Shown piece after piece: positions 1-10,702 of a stretch of DNA of 64,000 bases; the first letter of the stretch is position 1, and each line of letters opens with the position of its first letter. The notes under the pieces are model-generated. The model saw only the letters and a program-made list of their open reading frames with translations. It had not been told where the DNA came from and did not search any database. A program made the position numbers and the translations under genes. Where the stretch lies: the NCBI GenBank assembly GCA_963675755.2, contig CAXXMD010000002.1:1824001-1888000 (forward strand), written 5' to 3'. Source of the DNA: a bacterium (GTDB lineage Bacteria > Zhuqueibacterota > Zhuqueibacteria > Residuimicrobiales > Krinioviventaceae).

Positions 1-2
1 CA

Positions 3-833
3 CAACTGGCCAGTTCAACCAGATGGATCATGGCTATCATCGTTTTCAGTATTACAGGGCTGTGTATTGTCACTACAATAGGGACGATACAAGAATACCT
101 AATGAATTCAATAGCAGCAGTAAATGAAAAAAACCAAAAGATCAACGAAACCAACAAGGTATTAATACAGCAACTTTGGGAACGCAAACAGCAGGAACGC
201 ATCATCAAACAAAATAAAGAAGAAAAAGTTTTTGTACTCAAAGAACTTCACCATCGCGTCAAAAACAATCTTCAATTCATACAGAGCCTGCTTGCATTAC
301 AATCAAAACAGGTCAAAGATCCTCAAACATTATCCATGTTTTCAGAGAGTTGTAATCGTATCCGCTCTATGGCCATGGTTCATGAAGAATTGTATCATAC
401 CAACAATTTTGCCCAGGTTGATCTCACTCAATATATGAACAGAATGATCTATCATCTCAAGCATCAATATCTGCCAAACAGCATACCCATTCAGGTCAAT
501 GTCAACATTCAACAAGTTACAATGGGCATAGATAAAGCCATTCCCTGTGGATTGATTGTCAATGAACTTGTAACCAACGCAATGCAGCATGCATTTAAAC
601 AAGAACATCATACACAACCTTCAATTGATATCATGTTGTATGAAACAGAGGAGCACATTGTACTAAGTGTGAGCGATAATGGGATAGGGTTACCGGTAGA
701 AACAGATGTTAAAAACACTACCTCGTTGGGATTACAGCTTGTACGTGTATTATCGGTTGATCAACTGGACGGTTCTTTAACCATTTCCCGAACTGGCGGT
801 ACGCAGTTTACAATTAAATTTCAAACCGCTTAA
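3..833 (+). CDS. Sensor histidine kinase, HisKA_2 type (5' partial)
   Basis: H-box ELHHRVKNNLQ, N-box ELVTNAMQHAF, G1 VSDNGIG and G2 SLGLQLV; preceded by a TM helix; frame is open back to the window start. Confidence 0.9.
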   Translation, partial: QLASSTRWIMAIIVFSITGLCIVTTIGTIQEYLMNSIAAVNEKNQKINETNKVLIQQLWERKQQERIIKQNKEEKVFVLKELHHRVKNNLQFIQSLLALQSKQVKDPQTLSMFSESCNRIRSMAMVHEELYHTNNFAQVDLTQYMNRMIYHLKHQYLPNSIPIQVNVNIQQVTMGIDKAIPCGLIVNELVTNAMQHAFKQEHHTQPSIDIMLYETEEHIVLSVSDNGIGLPVETDVKNTTSLGLQLVRVLSVDQLDGSLTISRTGGTQFTIKFQTA

Positions 834-841
834 AAGCTCGT

Positions 842-1501
842 CTAGTAACCCACTTGAGCCATAAAACGTTTTACCTGTTCTTCATCCAATTTACCATCCG
901 TACGCAATCCACTACATACATCCAGGCCAAAGGGTTTAACATATTCAACAGCCTTTGCAGCATTATCCGGATTCAGACCTCCGGCAAGATAAACCGGTTT
1001 TGTAACCGACTCTACAATTTCCCGACTGAGGTCCCAGTTGTGAACGCGTCCGGTCCCGCCCAATTCTTTGATAGCCTTATTGGGATTTCCGGAATCCAGT
1101 AAAATTGCGTCCACTAGGTCCGCTGCCTTTACTGCCTGCTCAACAGACTCTTTGTCGGTAACATGCACCACCTGCACAATAGAAATACCGGGCAAAGCTT
1201 CTTTTAACCGAAGATGACTGAATGGCGGCAGCATATCTACCAATTGGATGGTATTGCAGCGGCAATAACGCTGCTGACGAATAATGGCCAACACATCGAT
1301 CTTGCTGGTCAATAAAAATGAAGCAACACCGGGAGGAACCGTTCCGGCAATCTCGCGAATTTTCTCTTCCGAAATCACACCCGGCCCGCTGGGCATTTCA
1401 GAAACCAACCCCAAAGCAGATGCACCATACCGAACAGCTAGCTCTGCTTCCTGCACAGAATTGATACAGCAAATTTTAACTCGTATACTCATGTTTCCCA
1501 T
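842..1501 (-). CDS. trpF: Phosphoribosylanthranilate isomerase, stand-alone
   Basis: VKICCI, LLDS, GGTGRVHNW, LAGGLNPDN and GLDVCSGL motifs; alternative start 1492. Confidence 0.9.
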   Translation of the reverse strand: MGNMSIRVKICCINSVQEAELAVRYGASALGLVSEMPSGPGVISEEKIREIAGTVPPGVASFLLTSKIDVLAIIRQQRYCRCNTIQLVDMLPPFSHLRLKEALPGISIVQVVHVTDKESVEQAVKAADLVDAILLDSGNPNKAIKELGGTGRVHNWDLSREIVESVTKPVYLAGGLNPDNAAKAVEYVKPFGLDVCSGLRTDGKLDEEQVKRFMAQVGY

Positions 1502-1626
1502 TCTTAAATGGTATCAATTTCAAAAATTTTTTATATTGCAGTATTAAAAGGTGTTTTAATTTAATTTATTATTATATTAAGAACAACCCTAAACTACAAT
1601 AGCATCAGTATCCGGAGGTTCAGCAG

Positions 1627-2676
1627 ATGAATGCAAATCCAATTCTCGGAATTTTCTTTCATGCAGTTGGCGGATTTGCCGCCGGTAGTTTTTACATCCC
1701 CTTGAAAAAAGTCAAAGAATGGTCCTGGGAAAGTTATTGGCTGGTTAACGGCTTTTTCGCATGGATCATTATCCCATGGATCGTTGCAATGATAGCGGTA
1801 CCCGATCTCTGGTCACTGCTCAAACAAGCCCCTGTAAACAGTATCATCTGGAGTTATATTTTTGGTGTGCTCTGGGGAATTGGCGGTTTGACCTTTGGTC
1901 TTACCATGCGTTACCTGGGTATGTCATTGGGAATGGCAATGGCATTGGGATTAACAGCAACATTCGGGACGATCGTCCCCCCTGTTTATTTTGGTAATTT
2001 CGGATACCTGCTGGCCCACGCATCCGGGTTGGTCACATTGGGTGGCGTTGCGGTATGTATTGGAGGAATTGCGGTTTGCGGTTTGGCCGGCATAAAAAAA
2101 GACCGGGAGCTTCCGCAAGAGGTCAAACAAGCAAGCATTCAGGAATTCAGTTTCAAAAAAGGAGTTTGGGTTGCCATTCTCTCCGGTGTTATGAGCGCAT
2201 GTTTTGCTTTTGGTATTGCCGCCGGCAAACCTATTGCAGATCTTGCCGTTGCTCAAAATACCCCGGTACTTTTCCAGAACAGTCCTATATTTGTTGTTAT
2301 CCTGCTGGGCGGTTTTACAACCAATTTCACATGGTGCCTTATTTTAAACAACAAGAACAAATCCGGTGGCGATTATTTGAATAAACAAACTCCGCTGCTT
2401 ACGAATTATATTTTCTCGGCGCTGGCCGGTACAACCTGGTATTTCCAGTTCATGTTTTATGGTATGGGTACAACCCAAATGGGGAAATATGATTTTGCAA
2501 GTTGGAGCATCCATATGGCCTTTATCATAACATTCAGCAATATGTGGGGATTGATATTACATGAATGGCGCGGTTCCGGTAAAAACACCATCCGGACGAT
2601 CCTGTTAGGGCTGGCTATCCTGGTATTGTCTACAATTATTATTGGCGCCGGCAGTTATATTCAACAATTCGAATAA
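1627..2676 (+). CDS. rhaT: L-rhamnose/proton symporter
   Basis: N-terminus GIFFHAVGGFAAGSFYIPLKKVKEWSWE, GLTMRYLGMSLG, QFMFYGMG; about 10 TM helices; GGAGG RBS. Confidence 0.9.
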   Translation: MNANPILGIFFHAVGGFAAGSFYIPLKKVKEWSWESYWLVNGFFAWIIIPWIVAMIAVPDLWSLLKQAPVNSIIWSYIFGVLWGIGGLTFGLTMRYLGMSLGMAMALGLTATFGTIVPPVYFGNFGYLLAHASGLVTLGGVAVCIGGIAVCGLAGIKKDRELPQEVKQASIQEFSFKKGVWVAILSGVMSACFAFGIAAGKPIADLAVAQNTPVLFQNSPIFVVILLGGFTTNFTWCLILNNKNKSGGDYLNKQTPLLTNYIFSALAGTTWYFQFMFYGMGTTQMGKYDFASWSIHMAFIITFSNMWGLILHEWRGSGKNTIRTILLGLAILVLSTIIIGAGSYIQQFE

Positions 2677-2692
2677 TACGGGAGAATCAATT

Positions 2693-4120
2693 ATGAAACC
2701 GCAATTAAAATTGGGTTTATTTGCAATCGGGCTGGATGCGTATTGGCCGCAGTTTAAAGGCTTGCATGATAAACTTTTAAATAATATAAAACACGTTGAA
2801 AAACAAATGTTACGCGAAAATATAGAGATTGTAAATCTGGGAATGATCGACAATCCTGAAAAGGCGCTTGAAGCTGGCCATACTTTCAGACAAGCCGATG
2901 TAGATGCGATATTTTTATATGTTTCCACGTATGCTTTATCTTCCACAGTGCTGCCGGTTGTTCAAAGGGCAAAAGTACCGGTAATTATTCTCAACCTGCA
3001 AATGGATGCGGCAATAGATTATAACACATTCAACAAACTGGCTGATCGTACAAAAATGACCGGTGAATGGCTTGCCAACTGTTCTGCATGCCCGGTGCCC
3101 GAGATTGCCAATGTATTTAACCGTGCAGGCATCCGCTTTCATCAAATTACCGGAGCTCTGCATGATGATCCCGTTGTATGGCAAGAGGTCGACGAATGGA
3201 TAGATGCCGCACAAACCGCTCATACCATGTTTCACAACAGATTGGGCTGCATGGGGCATTATTATGGCGGTATGCTTGATGTTTATTCAGACATGACCCA
3301 GCATTGCGCCCAGTTTGGAGGACACTTTGAACTCGTAGAAGTTGAAGAACTGGCAGGATTACGTAAAGAGGTAACGGATACTGAAATCAATTCCAGACTC
3401 GACTTTTTCAGCAATGAATTTGATATTCAACACGACTGCTCACCCACAGATCTGAAAGAAGCAGCGATCACATCCCTTGCACTGGATAAATTGATACAAA
3501 AGCATGACCTGGGATCAATGGCTTATTACTACCAGGGAACAGGAAATCCTGATCATGAATTGGCAATCAGTTCTATCATTCTGGGGAACTCTATATTAAC
3601 CGCACGAGGCATTCCTGTTGCCGGAGAATATGAAATAAAGAATGTTCAGGCAATGAAAATCATGGATTGCTTTGGTACCGGTGGCTCGTTTACCGAATAT
3701 TATGCTATGGATTATAAAGACGATATTGTTCTGATGGGGCATGATGGTCCCGGACATATTGCCATTGCAGAAGGTAAAACACGGGTAAGACCATTAGAGG
3801 TTTATCATGGCAAAGTGGGCAAAGGTTTGTCCGTTGAAATGTCTGTAAAACACGGTCCGGTTACATTATTAGCTGTGGTGCAAAACACTGCCGGTAAACT
3901 CTTTTTGTTGACTGCGGAAGCAGAATCGGTACCCGGCCCCATTCTGGAAATTGGTAACACCAACAGTCGCTATCGGTTTTCTATTGGCGCAAGAGAATTT
4001 GTAAACAGGTGGAATGAGCAAGGGCCTGCACACCATTGCGCAGTAGGAATTGGTCATATTGCATCCAAAATCCATAAACTGGGACAACTGTTAGATATGG
4101 ATGTTGTGCAGATTTGTTAA
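2693..4120 (+). CDS. L-fucose/L-arabinose isomerase family protein
   Basis: GLDAYWPQF N-terminus, AGEYE, MGHDGPGH, GNTNSRY, GPAHHCA; GGAG RBS before ATG 2693; directly follows rhaT. Confidence 0.85.
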   Translation: MKPQLKLGLFAIGLDAYWPQFKGLHDKLLNNIKHVEKQMLRENIEIVNLGMIDNPEKALEAGHTFRQADVDAIFLYVSTYALSSTVLPVVQRAKVPVIILNLQMDAAIDYNTFNKLADRTKMTGEWLANCSACPVPEIANVFNRAGIRFHQITGALHDDPVVWQEVDEWIDAAQTAHTMFHNRLGCMGHYYGGMLDVYSDMTQHCAQFGGHFELVEVEELAGLRKEVTDTEINSRLDFFSNEFDIQHDCSPTDLKEAAITSLALDKLIQKHDLGSMAYYYQGTGNPDHELAISSIILGNSILTARGIPVAGEYEIKNVQAMKIMDCFGTGGSFTEYYAMDYKDDIVLMGHDGPGHIAIAEGKTRVRPLEVYHGKVGKGLSVEMSVKHGPVTLLAVVQNTAGKLFLLTAEAESVPGPILEIGNTNSRYRFSIGAREFVNRWNEQGPAHHCAVGIGHIASKIHKLGQLLDMDVVQIC

Positions 4121-4166
4121 AATGCAATATATTTCTTGAAATAAAAAATCATTAATCATACTATTG

Positions 4167-4370
4167 GATTGCGTACCTAACGGCACGCATAAAAATTCCA
4201 GCTTATTCATTACTACAATTATTGGGCCCCTAACGGGGCCTTTGCAAAACATTTCCATGCTATTAAAAGTGATATCAATCAGATAAAATCATATCAAAAT
4301 GTCCCGTTAGGGGACAGAATATTTGTAGAAATGTGCAAAACAAGTATGGCGTGCCGTCAGGTACGCGATC
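4167..4370. repeat. Nested inverted repeat of four CCTAACGG-core REP-like units (REPIN-like)
   Basis: 4167-4190 gattgcgtacctaacggcacgcat is a near-perfect inverse of 4346-4370; 4213-4240 is an imperfect inverse of 4301-4328. Confidence 0.8.
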
Positions 4371-4444
4371 AAAGAATCTTTTAGGATCTAATATGATGTT
4401 TAAGTTGATAGAATTATCTTTTATGGAAATTTTTTAAATCCTGA

Positions 4445-5674
4445 TCAAGTCACCCAGGCTTTGAGCTGCTCTTTGCCTTTTTCAGAGATTGAAAATCCGT
4501 CTGATGTATCGATCCACCCTTTTTCAAGCAGATTGTCAATACTGTTTTGCAACTGTTCCTGTACATTAATCTCTTTCATAAGACCCATTTCACGCAATAG
4601 AATGTTTCCGCTGAAATCCAGAGATTTATTGCAATGCTCCTCAAGCTTTTCCTGTGTATTCAATCGCTCAGCATCAATCAGATACAGCAACCATAAATGA
4701 TAATGCTTGTCCTGCCAGTCCCTGACTTTGTCTGAAAGAAACATGTTATATCTTTCAAAATCGGGACTGTATTCCTCGTCCTGCTGAAACAGTTCCCAGG
4801 TCATTTCAACAGCACTTTTTAAAATAATCCCCGCTACAACCAGTCCAATCACACTGTCAATATAATGAAAACCAAAATTCGATCCAATCAAACCAAAAAT
4901 CACACTGGTCGCAATAATGATATGATTACGAGAATCCACAGAAAGGGTAATGAGTGCAATATTGCCGCTTTTAACACCAATAAAACGCTGGTATAGTGCC
5001 AGCAATATAGATATGATTATTGATAGAATAACGGCGACATATGCAAAAACCGTATATTTCAAATCAGAGGGAAAAAAGAACTGCTGCATAGCCCTGTAAA
5101 AAGCGTAAAAACCCGCAATCAACATAGTGCCCACCATTACTGAATTGGACAGTCTTTGTGTGTTACGCTGAACACCGGTTGTTACCAAAATTCTGGAAAA
5201 AACATCCAGCAGTGTGTCTATAGCATCATTCAACAACCCCACACTTCCCGATAAAATGGCAGCAGGAAGTTTAATAAATCCCAATACAATATAACTGATC
5301 AATGATACAATGGATACGGTCTCGGGACGCGCGGCACGTTTAAGCACATTGCTAAACTTGTTAATCTCTTCAATAGCTTTTTCTGCTTCATATCGACCGG
5401 TTTGGGTCAACTCGTATCGCTCTTGAATATTTTCAATTAATCCACGTTTTATCAGAACCGGGAGTTGTTTATTCAGGTGTTCATCCATGTCTTCTTCATC
5501 TTTGAGCCAATGTGACAACTGGTGCTCAAAAACGCCAAAACGACGCAATACACCGGTAAACTGTTCATTCATTTCAGAGATTGTTAACGGACCATCCCAC
5601 AAGCAGGCCAGGATCATCTGCTCGCTATCATGATCATTATTCTTCTCTTTACGTTTTTTGCACTTTATTGACAA
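4445..5674 (-). CDS. Cation diffusion facilitator family membrane protein with N- and C-terminal winged-helix-like domains
   Basis: CDF signature SGSVGLLNDAIDTLLD, TM5 DSRNH, YIDSVIGLVVA; wHTH-like LIKRGLI..YELTQTG and LLEKGWI..FSISEKG. Confidence 0.75.
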   Translation of the reverse strand: MSIKCKKRKEKNNDHDSEQMILACLWDGPLTISEMNEQFTGVLRRFGVFEHQLSHWLKDEEDMDEHLNKQLPVLIKRGLIENIQERYELTQTGRYEAEKAIEEINKFSNVLKRAARPETVSIVSLISYIVLGFIKLPAAILSGSVGLLNDAIDTLLDVFSRILVTTGVQRNTQRLSNSVMVGTMLIAGFYAFYRAMQQFFFPSDLKYTVFAYVAVILSIIISILLALYQRFIGVKSGNIALITLSVDSRNHIIIATSVIFGLIGSNFGFHYIDSVIGLVVAGIILKSAVEMTWELFQQDEEYSPDFERYNMFLSDKVRDWQDKHYHLWLLYLIDAERLNTQEKLEEHCNKSLDFSGNILLREMGLMKEINVQEQLQNSIDNLLEKGWIDTSDGFSISEKGKEQLKAWVT

Positions 5675-5918
5675 AGCTTCACCTGAAATTATTTATATAA
5701 ATATAATCTATTGTACCCCGAAAAGCAACACAAGCTTGAAAATTTGAACATTATACGATTGAAAAAATGAACGGTTTCGAGAAAAAAATCCTGGTGTGGG
5801 AATGAATTTACAATACGAATGTCTAATTGTTAGTACTATCCAACCTGTCTGACTAAATCGATGAACAGGACAGGTTAAAACCTCTTACCGATTCCTTTTC
5901 AAATGTAACATCACACAA

Positions 5919-5952
5919 CTCTGGTCACGGGTGCAGGAGCCCGAGGCCAGAG
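5919..5952. repeat. REP-like palindrome, possibly a terminator
   Basis: ctctggtcacggg-tgcaggag-cccgaggccagag stem-loop just downstream of the 5964-6221 gene. Confidence 0.5.
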
Positions 5953-5963
5953 ATTTATTAAAA

Positions 5964-6221
5964 CTATTGATAACTTAGTACATACACACCTGTTACAATA
6001 ATCAATACAGCCAAAATTATAGTAACAACATTCACAACTCTTTTGGGGAATTTAAAAAGCGTGTGCTGCAGGAAATCAAACAGGAACAACAGTCCCAACA
6101 AAAACAGCCAAATTCCTTTTAACACATTGGATTGGACTATCAAGATCACACCTACAATCCCGAAAAACAATCCCATAAGAATATGAAAATAATACAAAGC
6201 CTTGTTTGATTTTCTAATCAT
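5964..6221 (-). CDS. Small membrane protein, hypothetical
   Basis: 85 aa with three hydrophobic segments; GAGG RBS; downstream of the TonB receptor gene. Confidence 0.7.
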   Translation of the reverse strand: MIRKSNKALYYFHILMGLFFGIVGVILIVQSNVLKGIWLFLLGLLFLFDFLQHTLFKFPKRVVNVVTIILAVLIIVTGVYVLSYQ

Positions 6222-6264
6222 TATTTCCTCAATACTGAATTTTATATTTTAACACCCATTCGGT

Positions 6265-9200
6265 TTAAATATTCACCTGAATATTCAACCCCCAGAATAT
6301 ATCACGTTTATTCAAAAAAGTCCAGGGTGTAAAACCCGGCATGTCGATATATTCTTTTTCGCCGTCATGGGGATAATCACCGGGGCGGTCACCGCCGTCA
6401 ATGTCAAACGAATTCATGTAATTCACAAACTCATCCTGCCAAAGCGGGTGGGCGTCCCACGTCCAGTTGGCGTCCACACCTGTGAGATAACCGTCATCAT
6501 CATAGACATAACCGTTCGGAGTATTCATGTTCTTGTTGTTGAACAGGTTAAAGACATCCATGTACATCACAGCTCGTGCATTACCGAATGAGAACAATGC
6601 CTTGCTGATTCGCAGATCGGTATTCTGGTACGGTCGCCATTGGATGTCCTTGCGCTGCCACTGAAAAGTCTCGCCCTCTCGCCAGGTGTATACCGCAGCC
6701 ATCTGCCAGCCGCCGAATGGATGTATTCCAGCCCAGCCCGGTCCCATGTGCTGTGGGGTATGCGCATGCACCTGCCAGCGCAGAGTGGAGCGGAACGGAG
6801 TTTCTATCTTTTTCGTATCAAATGGCTCATCCGGTATTGAAGGATCCTGATAGATAACCTGATAGCCGTAATACTGCTTACTTGACCGCTGACCATTATA
6901 ATAAAATATTGTATTAAACCAGTTGAATGGAGAGTAATCAAGGGTAAACTCGACTCCGGAAACTGAGCGGTTGATATTATTAACCGGTTTTTTATAGTTA
7001 AAGTTTCTTGACCAGAGCTCGTCTCGTACATAAAAGAAATATGTAAAATTGGTGGTTATTTTAGAATACTCATTTTTTATATCATGGGCATATATTGCAA
7101 TTTGCGTTTGTATTTTATTCCATACAGCGGAACTCATTCCAAACTCATAGTTGACAGACGAAGGGCTTTTCAAGTTTGGATTTGCGACCGGATCAATCCG
7201 GTATCCATCTGTGGTCTTGTAAGCAAACATGTATTTGTCCGCTGCATCCGGCCACTCGGTAAACCTTCCAAAATTAAAATATAAGCGGGTCTCTTTTCCA
7301 ATGTCATAATTGACATAGATTCTTGGACTCAATATAAAACAGCCAAGATTTTGTACAGGTTTTGTGGAATCACGGTGCCCCGGTGCCAAAATATTGCTAA
7401 AGGGTCCGTTTCGCAAATCATCTTCATCACCTTCAAAAGAGATAACCTCGCCCTGATCAATCCTATCATATCGTAATCCCGTGTATACAGAAAATTTGCG
7501 ATTGATCTGCCAGAAATCTGAAATATATAATGCACTTTGCCAGGGACTGGATTCCGCCCAGTCAATATAACCGCTTCCCAAACTTGAATAGATCTGGTGA
7601 AATTTGAACAAAATCCTGTTTCGCATTGTTTCAAAACCGAATTTAATTTTATGGTTATTTGCCGGATCATAATACAAATGGCCTTTTAATCCAACTCTTC
7701 GGTTTAGGGATTCATTGTCAAGTATTTCTGTTCCACCCATCATGTATAATTCAGATAAATCTTTCCACATAACAGGATCCATACCATATGGAGATTCATC
7801 ATACCAATAATCTCCTATTCTTATTTTTGCCCAATCCTGCCAATTTTCCCATTTATAATATTCCTTATCAATAAATTCCTGAATGGTTTCAAGATTTCCG
7901 ATTCGGCCATATTGTAAATGCGTTAAATTAAACTTATTCCCTTGTATTGGTGCTGTATTTCTCTGCTGCATTTCTACATCATATTCCGTCAAAGCGTAGG
8001 TAAATTCTAACTGATATAATAGTTTGGGTAAAATCTGGTGTTCAAACCGTACCAGCCCCTGCCGGGTATTATATTCCATCGGGGTTTTGAAATGCGGATA
8101 CCAAAGCCTATTTGCCGGATAAAACACATTAAATGGATTTGAGGCAATAGTACCATTGTTTTCGTGCCAGGCGCCGGGTATTATCCCATACTGCCGGTCG
8201 TTGCGGAACTGTACATCCATTCCGGCATAGCGACCAAACTGCATGTGCACATTGGCCTGGGTCGAGCGTTCACGATAGGTATCGTTCGGCATGGTGATGG
8301 CATATTCGGTTTCATCCTGGCTGTGATAAAACGTCCAGTTGATCCAGTTGAATTTGGGCACTACCCCACCGGCAAATATTTCGCCCTGCCAGTCCGGCAA
8401 GTCGCCATACTCTAAATAGGCATCCTCATCTGTAACACTGCTCAGATCCATATCCACAAGTCCTTTGCGGTCCAGATCACGCAGCAGATTGAGATTATCC
8501 ATAGAACGGTGCCGCCACAAATACAGAGCGTAATTCTCATAGGGTCTGGCGTAATGTGGATCACGACTATCAAGTCCGTCACTTCCTGTTAATCCGGAAT
8601 AGGCGTTCCAGCCTTGAAAATATTCGTTTCCGGTGAACGCGCCGTGTTCGATGCTGGCAAATGGCTGGTTGATAGGCGATTCCAGACTGTATGCCATGGG
8701 GCCGAAATGCTTCAGTCCCTCCCGGCTGTAGCGGGTGTTGGTCTCAAACACAAAGCTTTTTTCCACCTTGCGAGTGGTGATTTTGATGATCGCTGACCTT
8801 GCGTCTCCATACTCTACCCCGAACCAGCCAGGCAGTACCTCAATGCGTTCAATATTATGCAAATCCATGTAATAAAACGGTTGTGCCGTTGCCGCATCAG
8901 ACATGTCCATACCATCCACAAATATCCGTGACTCACCGGCAGTACCACCGCGGAACCGTGGCTGGTCCGCATTGCGGTCGAACGCGTCAAACCCCGGCAA
9001 AGTATTCAGCAGCGATGCCAAATCGCGATATGGCAGGGCTTGAATGTCATTACGAGTAAGCACATACCGCTGCGAGTCATATTCTTTTTCAACCAGTTCC
9101 GGCCAGGTTTTAGGGGGTTTTGGAGGTTTAGGGAATTGGGCAATATTATCAGGATCCCAACGCACATTGGGGATCACTGTTAACAGTCCAATCTCAAGAA

Positions 9201-9489
9201 TAGTTTTTTTGTCAGGAACAACAACAATACTATCCCTTACTACAGGTATATACCCTTGCTTGCTGATCCTGATGTTATAGGAGCCCGCCATAATTCTGTG
9301 TATAGTAAAATTACCGGACTTGTCGCACTGGGCTTTAAAATTTTCTCCGATAAATTCAAGGACAGCATCACTCAACGGCTCCCCGGTTTCACAATTATAA
9401 ACCCTGCCTTCCAGACTACCATAATCCATTGCAAAAAGGGAAGAAAATAATACAACTATAATAATACTATAAAGTATAGTCGGTTTCAT
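6265..9489 (-). CDS. TonB-dependent outer-membrane receptor with N-terminal carboxypeptidase-regulatory-like domain
   Basis: Signal peptide; GSLEGRVYN..TGEPL; plug motifs LPG..FRGG..IFVDGM and IERIEVLPG.FGVEYG; GLRYD, NPNLK, DVFNLFN; beta-strand C-terminus. Confidence 0.9.
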   Translation of the reverse strand: MKPTILYSIIIVVLFSSLFAMDYGSLEGRVYNCETGEPLSDAVLEFIGENFKAQCDKSGNFTIHRIMAGSYNIRISKQGYIPVVRDSIVVVPDKKTILEIGLLTVIPNVRWDPDNIAQFPKPPKPPKTWPELVEKEYDSQRYVLTRNDIQALPYRDLASLLNTLPGFDAFDRNADQPRFRGGTAGESRIFVDGMDMSDAATAQPFYYMDLHNIERIEVLPGWFGVEYGDARSAIIKITTRKVEKSFVFETNTRYSREGLKHFGPMAYSLESPINQPFASIEHGAFTGNEYFQGWNAYSGLTGSDGLDSRDPHYARPYENYALYLWRHRSMDNLNLLRDLDRKGLVDMDLSSVTDEDAYLEYGDLPDWQGEIFAGGVVPKFNWINWTFYHSQDETEYAITMPNDTYRERSTQANVHMQFGRYAGMDVQFRNDRQYGIIPGAWHENNGTIASNPFNVFYPANRLWYPHFKTPMEYNTRQGLVRFEHQILPKLLYQLEFTYALTEYDVEMQQRNTAPIQGNKFNLTHLQYGRIGNLETIQEFIDKEYYKWENWQDWAKIRIGDYWYDESPYGMDPVMWKDLSELYMMGGTEILDNESLNRRVGLKGHLYYDPANNHKIKFGFETMRNRILFKFHQIYSSLGSGYIDWAESSPWQSALYISDFWQINRKFSVYTGLRYDRIDQGEVISFEGDEDDLRNGPFSNILAPGHRDSTKPVQNLGCFILSPRIYVNYDIGKETRLYFNFGRFTEWPDAADKYMFAYKTTDGYRIDPVANPNLKSPSSVNYEFGMSSAVWNKIQTQIAIYAHDIKNEYSKITTNFTYFFYVRDELWSRNFNYKKPVNNINRSVSGVEFTLDYSPFNWFNTIFYYNGQRSSKQYYGYQVIYQDPSIPDEPFDTKKIETPFRSTLRWQVHAHTPQHMGPGWAGIHPFGGWQMAAVYTWREGETFQWQRKDIQWRPYQNTDLRISKALFSFGNARAVMYMDVFNLFNNKNMNTPNGYVYDDDGYLTGVDANWTWDAHPLWQDEFVNYMNSFDIDGGDRPGDYPHDGEKEYIDMPGFTPWTFLNKRDIFWGLNIQVNI

Positions 9490-9570
9490 ATCACACCCCT
9501 GAATTATAAATGTGAAACCTGAAAAGAATCAAATACAATCCATGTTTATTATCTGTAAATCCGGTTACAA

Positions 9571-10545
9571 TTATTCTGCTGGTACCACCCACAACTGCCC
9601 ATTTTTATCAAAAGCCATATCCCTGATTTGGGGAATTCGGGTATTGTTCTTATCCACAAATGCAAAATATCCGGTAATATTTAATTCATTATCAAATCGT
9701 ATACAGATTTTTTGCGCATTATCAAATACATACAATTGATTGTAAAATGCCATTGCCTGAAAACCTTCGGCTTCAGTCACATGGATTTCACCAGCCTGCA
9801 ATGGATTCTGTTCAAACTCTATAATCATAGTTCTGCTGCATCCCCAAAGGGTATTATTTTTTTCATCCAGGGTCAGCCCGACCAGATTTACACCATCAAT
9901 GTAATTTCGATCCAGAATAGAATTGCTTTCAATATCCACAACAACAACCGTATCCGGGAAATGGCACGCAAAGAGTATAGAATCATTTGCTGTAATTGTA
10001 CTTATGTATGTATCACCCAGGGGATTACCAGGAGTTTCCTGCAGCTCCCAGTTAATTGTATTACTTTTTAAAATTTTTAAGGGATTATCCCATATAATTG
10101 CCAGAGAATCATTAATAGCAAGCGGCAAATCGATATATTCGCTGGCCAAATCTTTGAATCGCTTGACGGAAAATTTTGTTGGCAAGCTGTAATTACGCGT
10201 GGTATCGCCATGTTCAATTTGCAGAGCTACACTGCTAATGGCAAGATCATATCTGTAAAGAGTAACCGTATACAATCCGGGATAAATGGGATCAACGGTA
10301 AAGGTACCGTTTTCATCAGTTAGAGTTTCCAACGGAGTGAATTCTACATCATACAACATGTTATTTGCAGAAACAACCACCTTGATCTCCGAAAGTAAAT
10401 TGCCGGAAAAGCTGTCTGTTACCGTACCTGTAAAAATATACTGCGGAGCCTCTGGTCTTACTACATTGTTATCCTGTTTTCCCCAGCAGGATAGCAGAAT
10501 CAGTGTTAGAAAAGCAATCACCCGGAACAATACTTTTAAAGACAT
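9571..10545 (-). CDS. Lipoprotein with carboxypeptidase-regulatory-like domain and probable beta-propeller
   Basis: Lipobox LLSC; FTGTVTD..TDENGTF..PGLYTV; C-terminal DMAFDKNGQLWV; GGGG RBS before Met at 10545. Confidence 0.7.
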   Translation of the reverse strand: MSLKVLFRVIAFLTLILLSCWGKQDNNVVRPEAPQYIFTGTVTDSFSGNLLSEIKVVVSANNMLYDVEFTPLETLTDENGTFTVDPIYPGLYTVTLYRYDLAISSVALQIEHGDTTRNYSLPTKFSVKRFKDLASEYIDLPLAINDSLAIIWDNPLKILKSNTINWELQETPGNPLGDTYISTITANDSILFACHFPDTVVVVDIESNSILDRNYIDGVNLVGLTLDEKNNTLWGCSRTMIIEFEQNPLQAGEIHVTEAEGFQAMAFYNQLYVFDNAQKICIRFDNELNITGYFAFVDKNNTRIPQIRDMAFDKNGQLWVVPAE

Positions 10546-10702
10546 AACCATCCCCTTTTTATCATGAATGAAACAGGAATTCCCCAAAATTTCATCAATT
10601 TGATCCCTGTATATTGATTTATTAAAAATAAATAATTGAAATATATGATAAAAAATAGTTATTATGTATACTGTATGTTAATCTATTTTTAGGAGAATTA
10701 CA

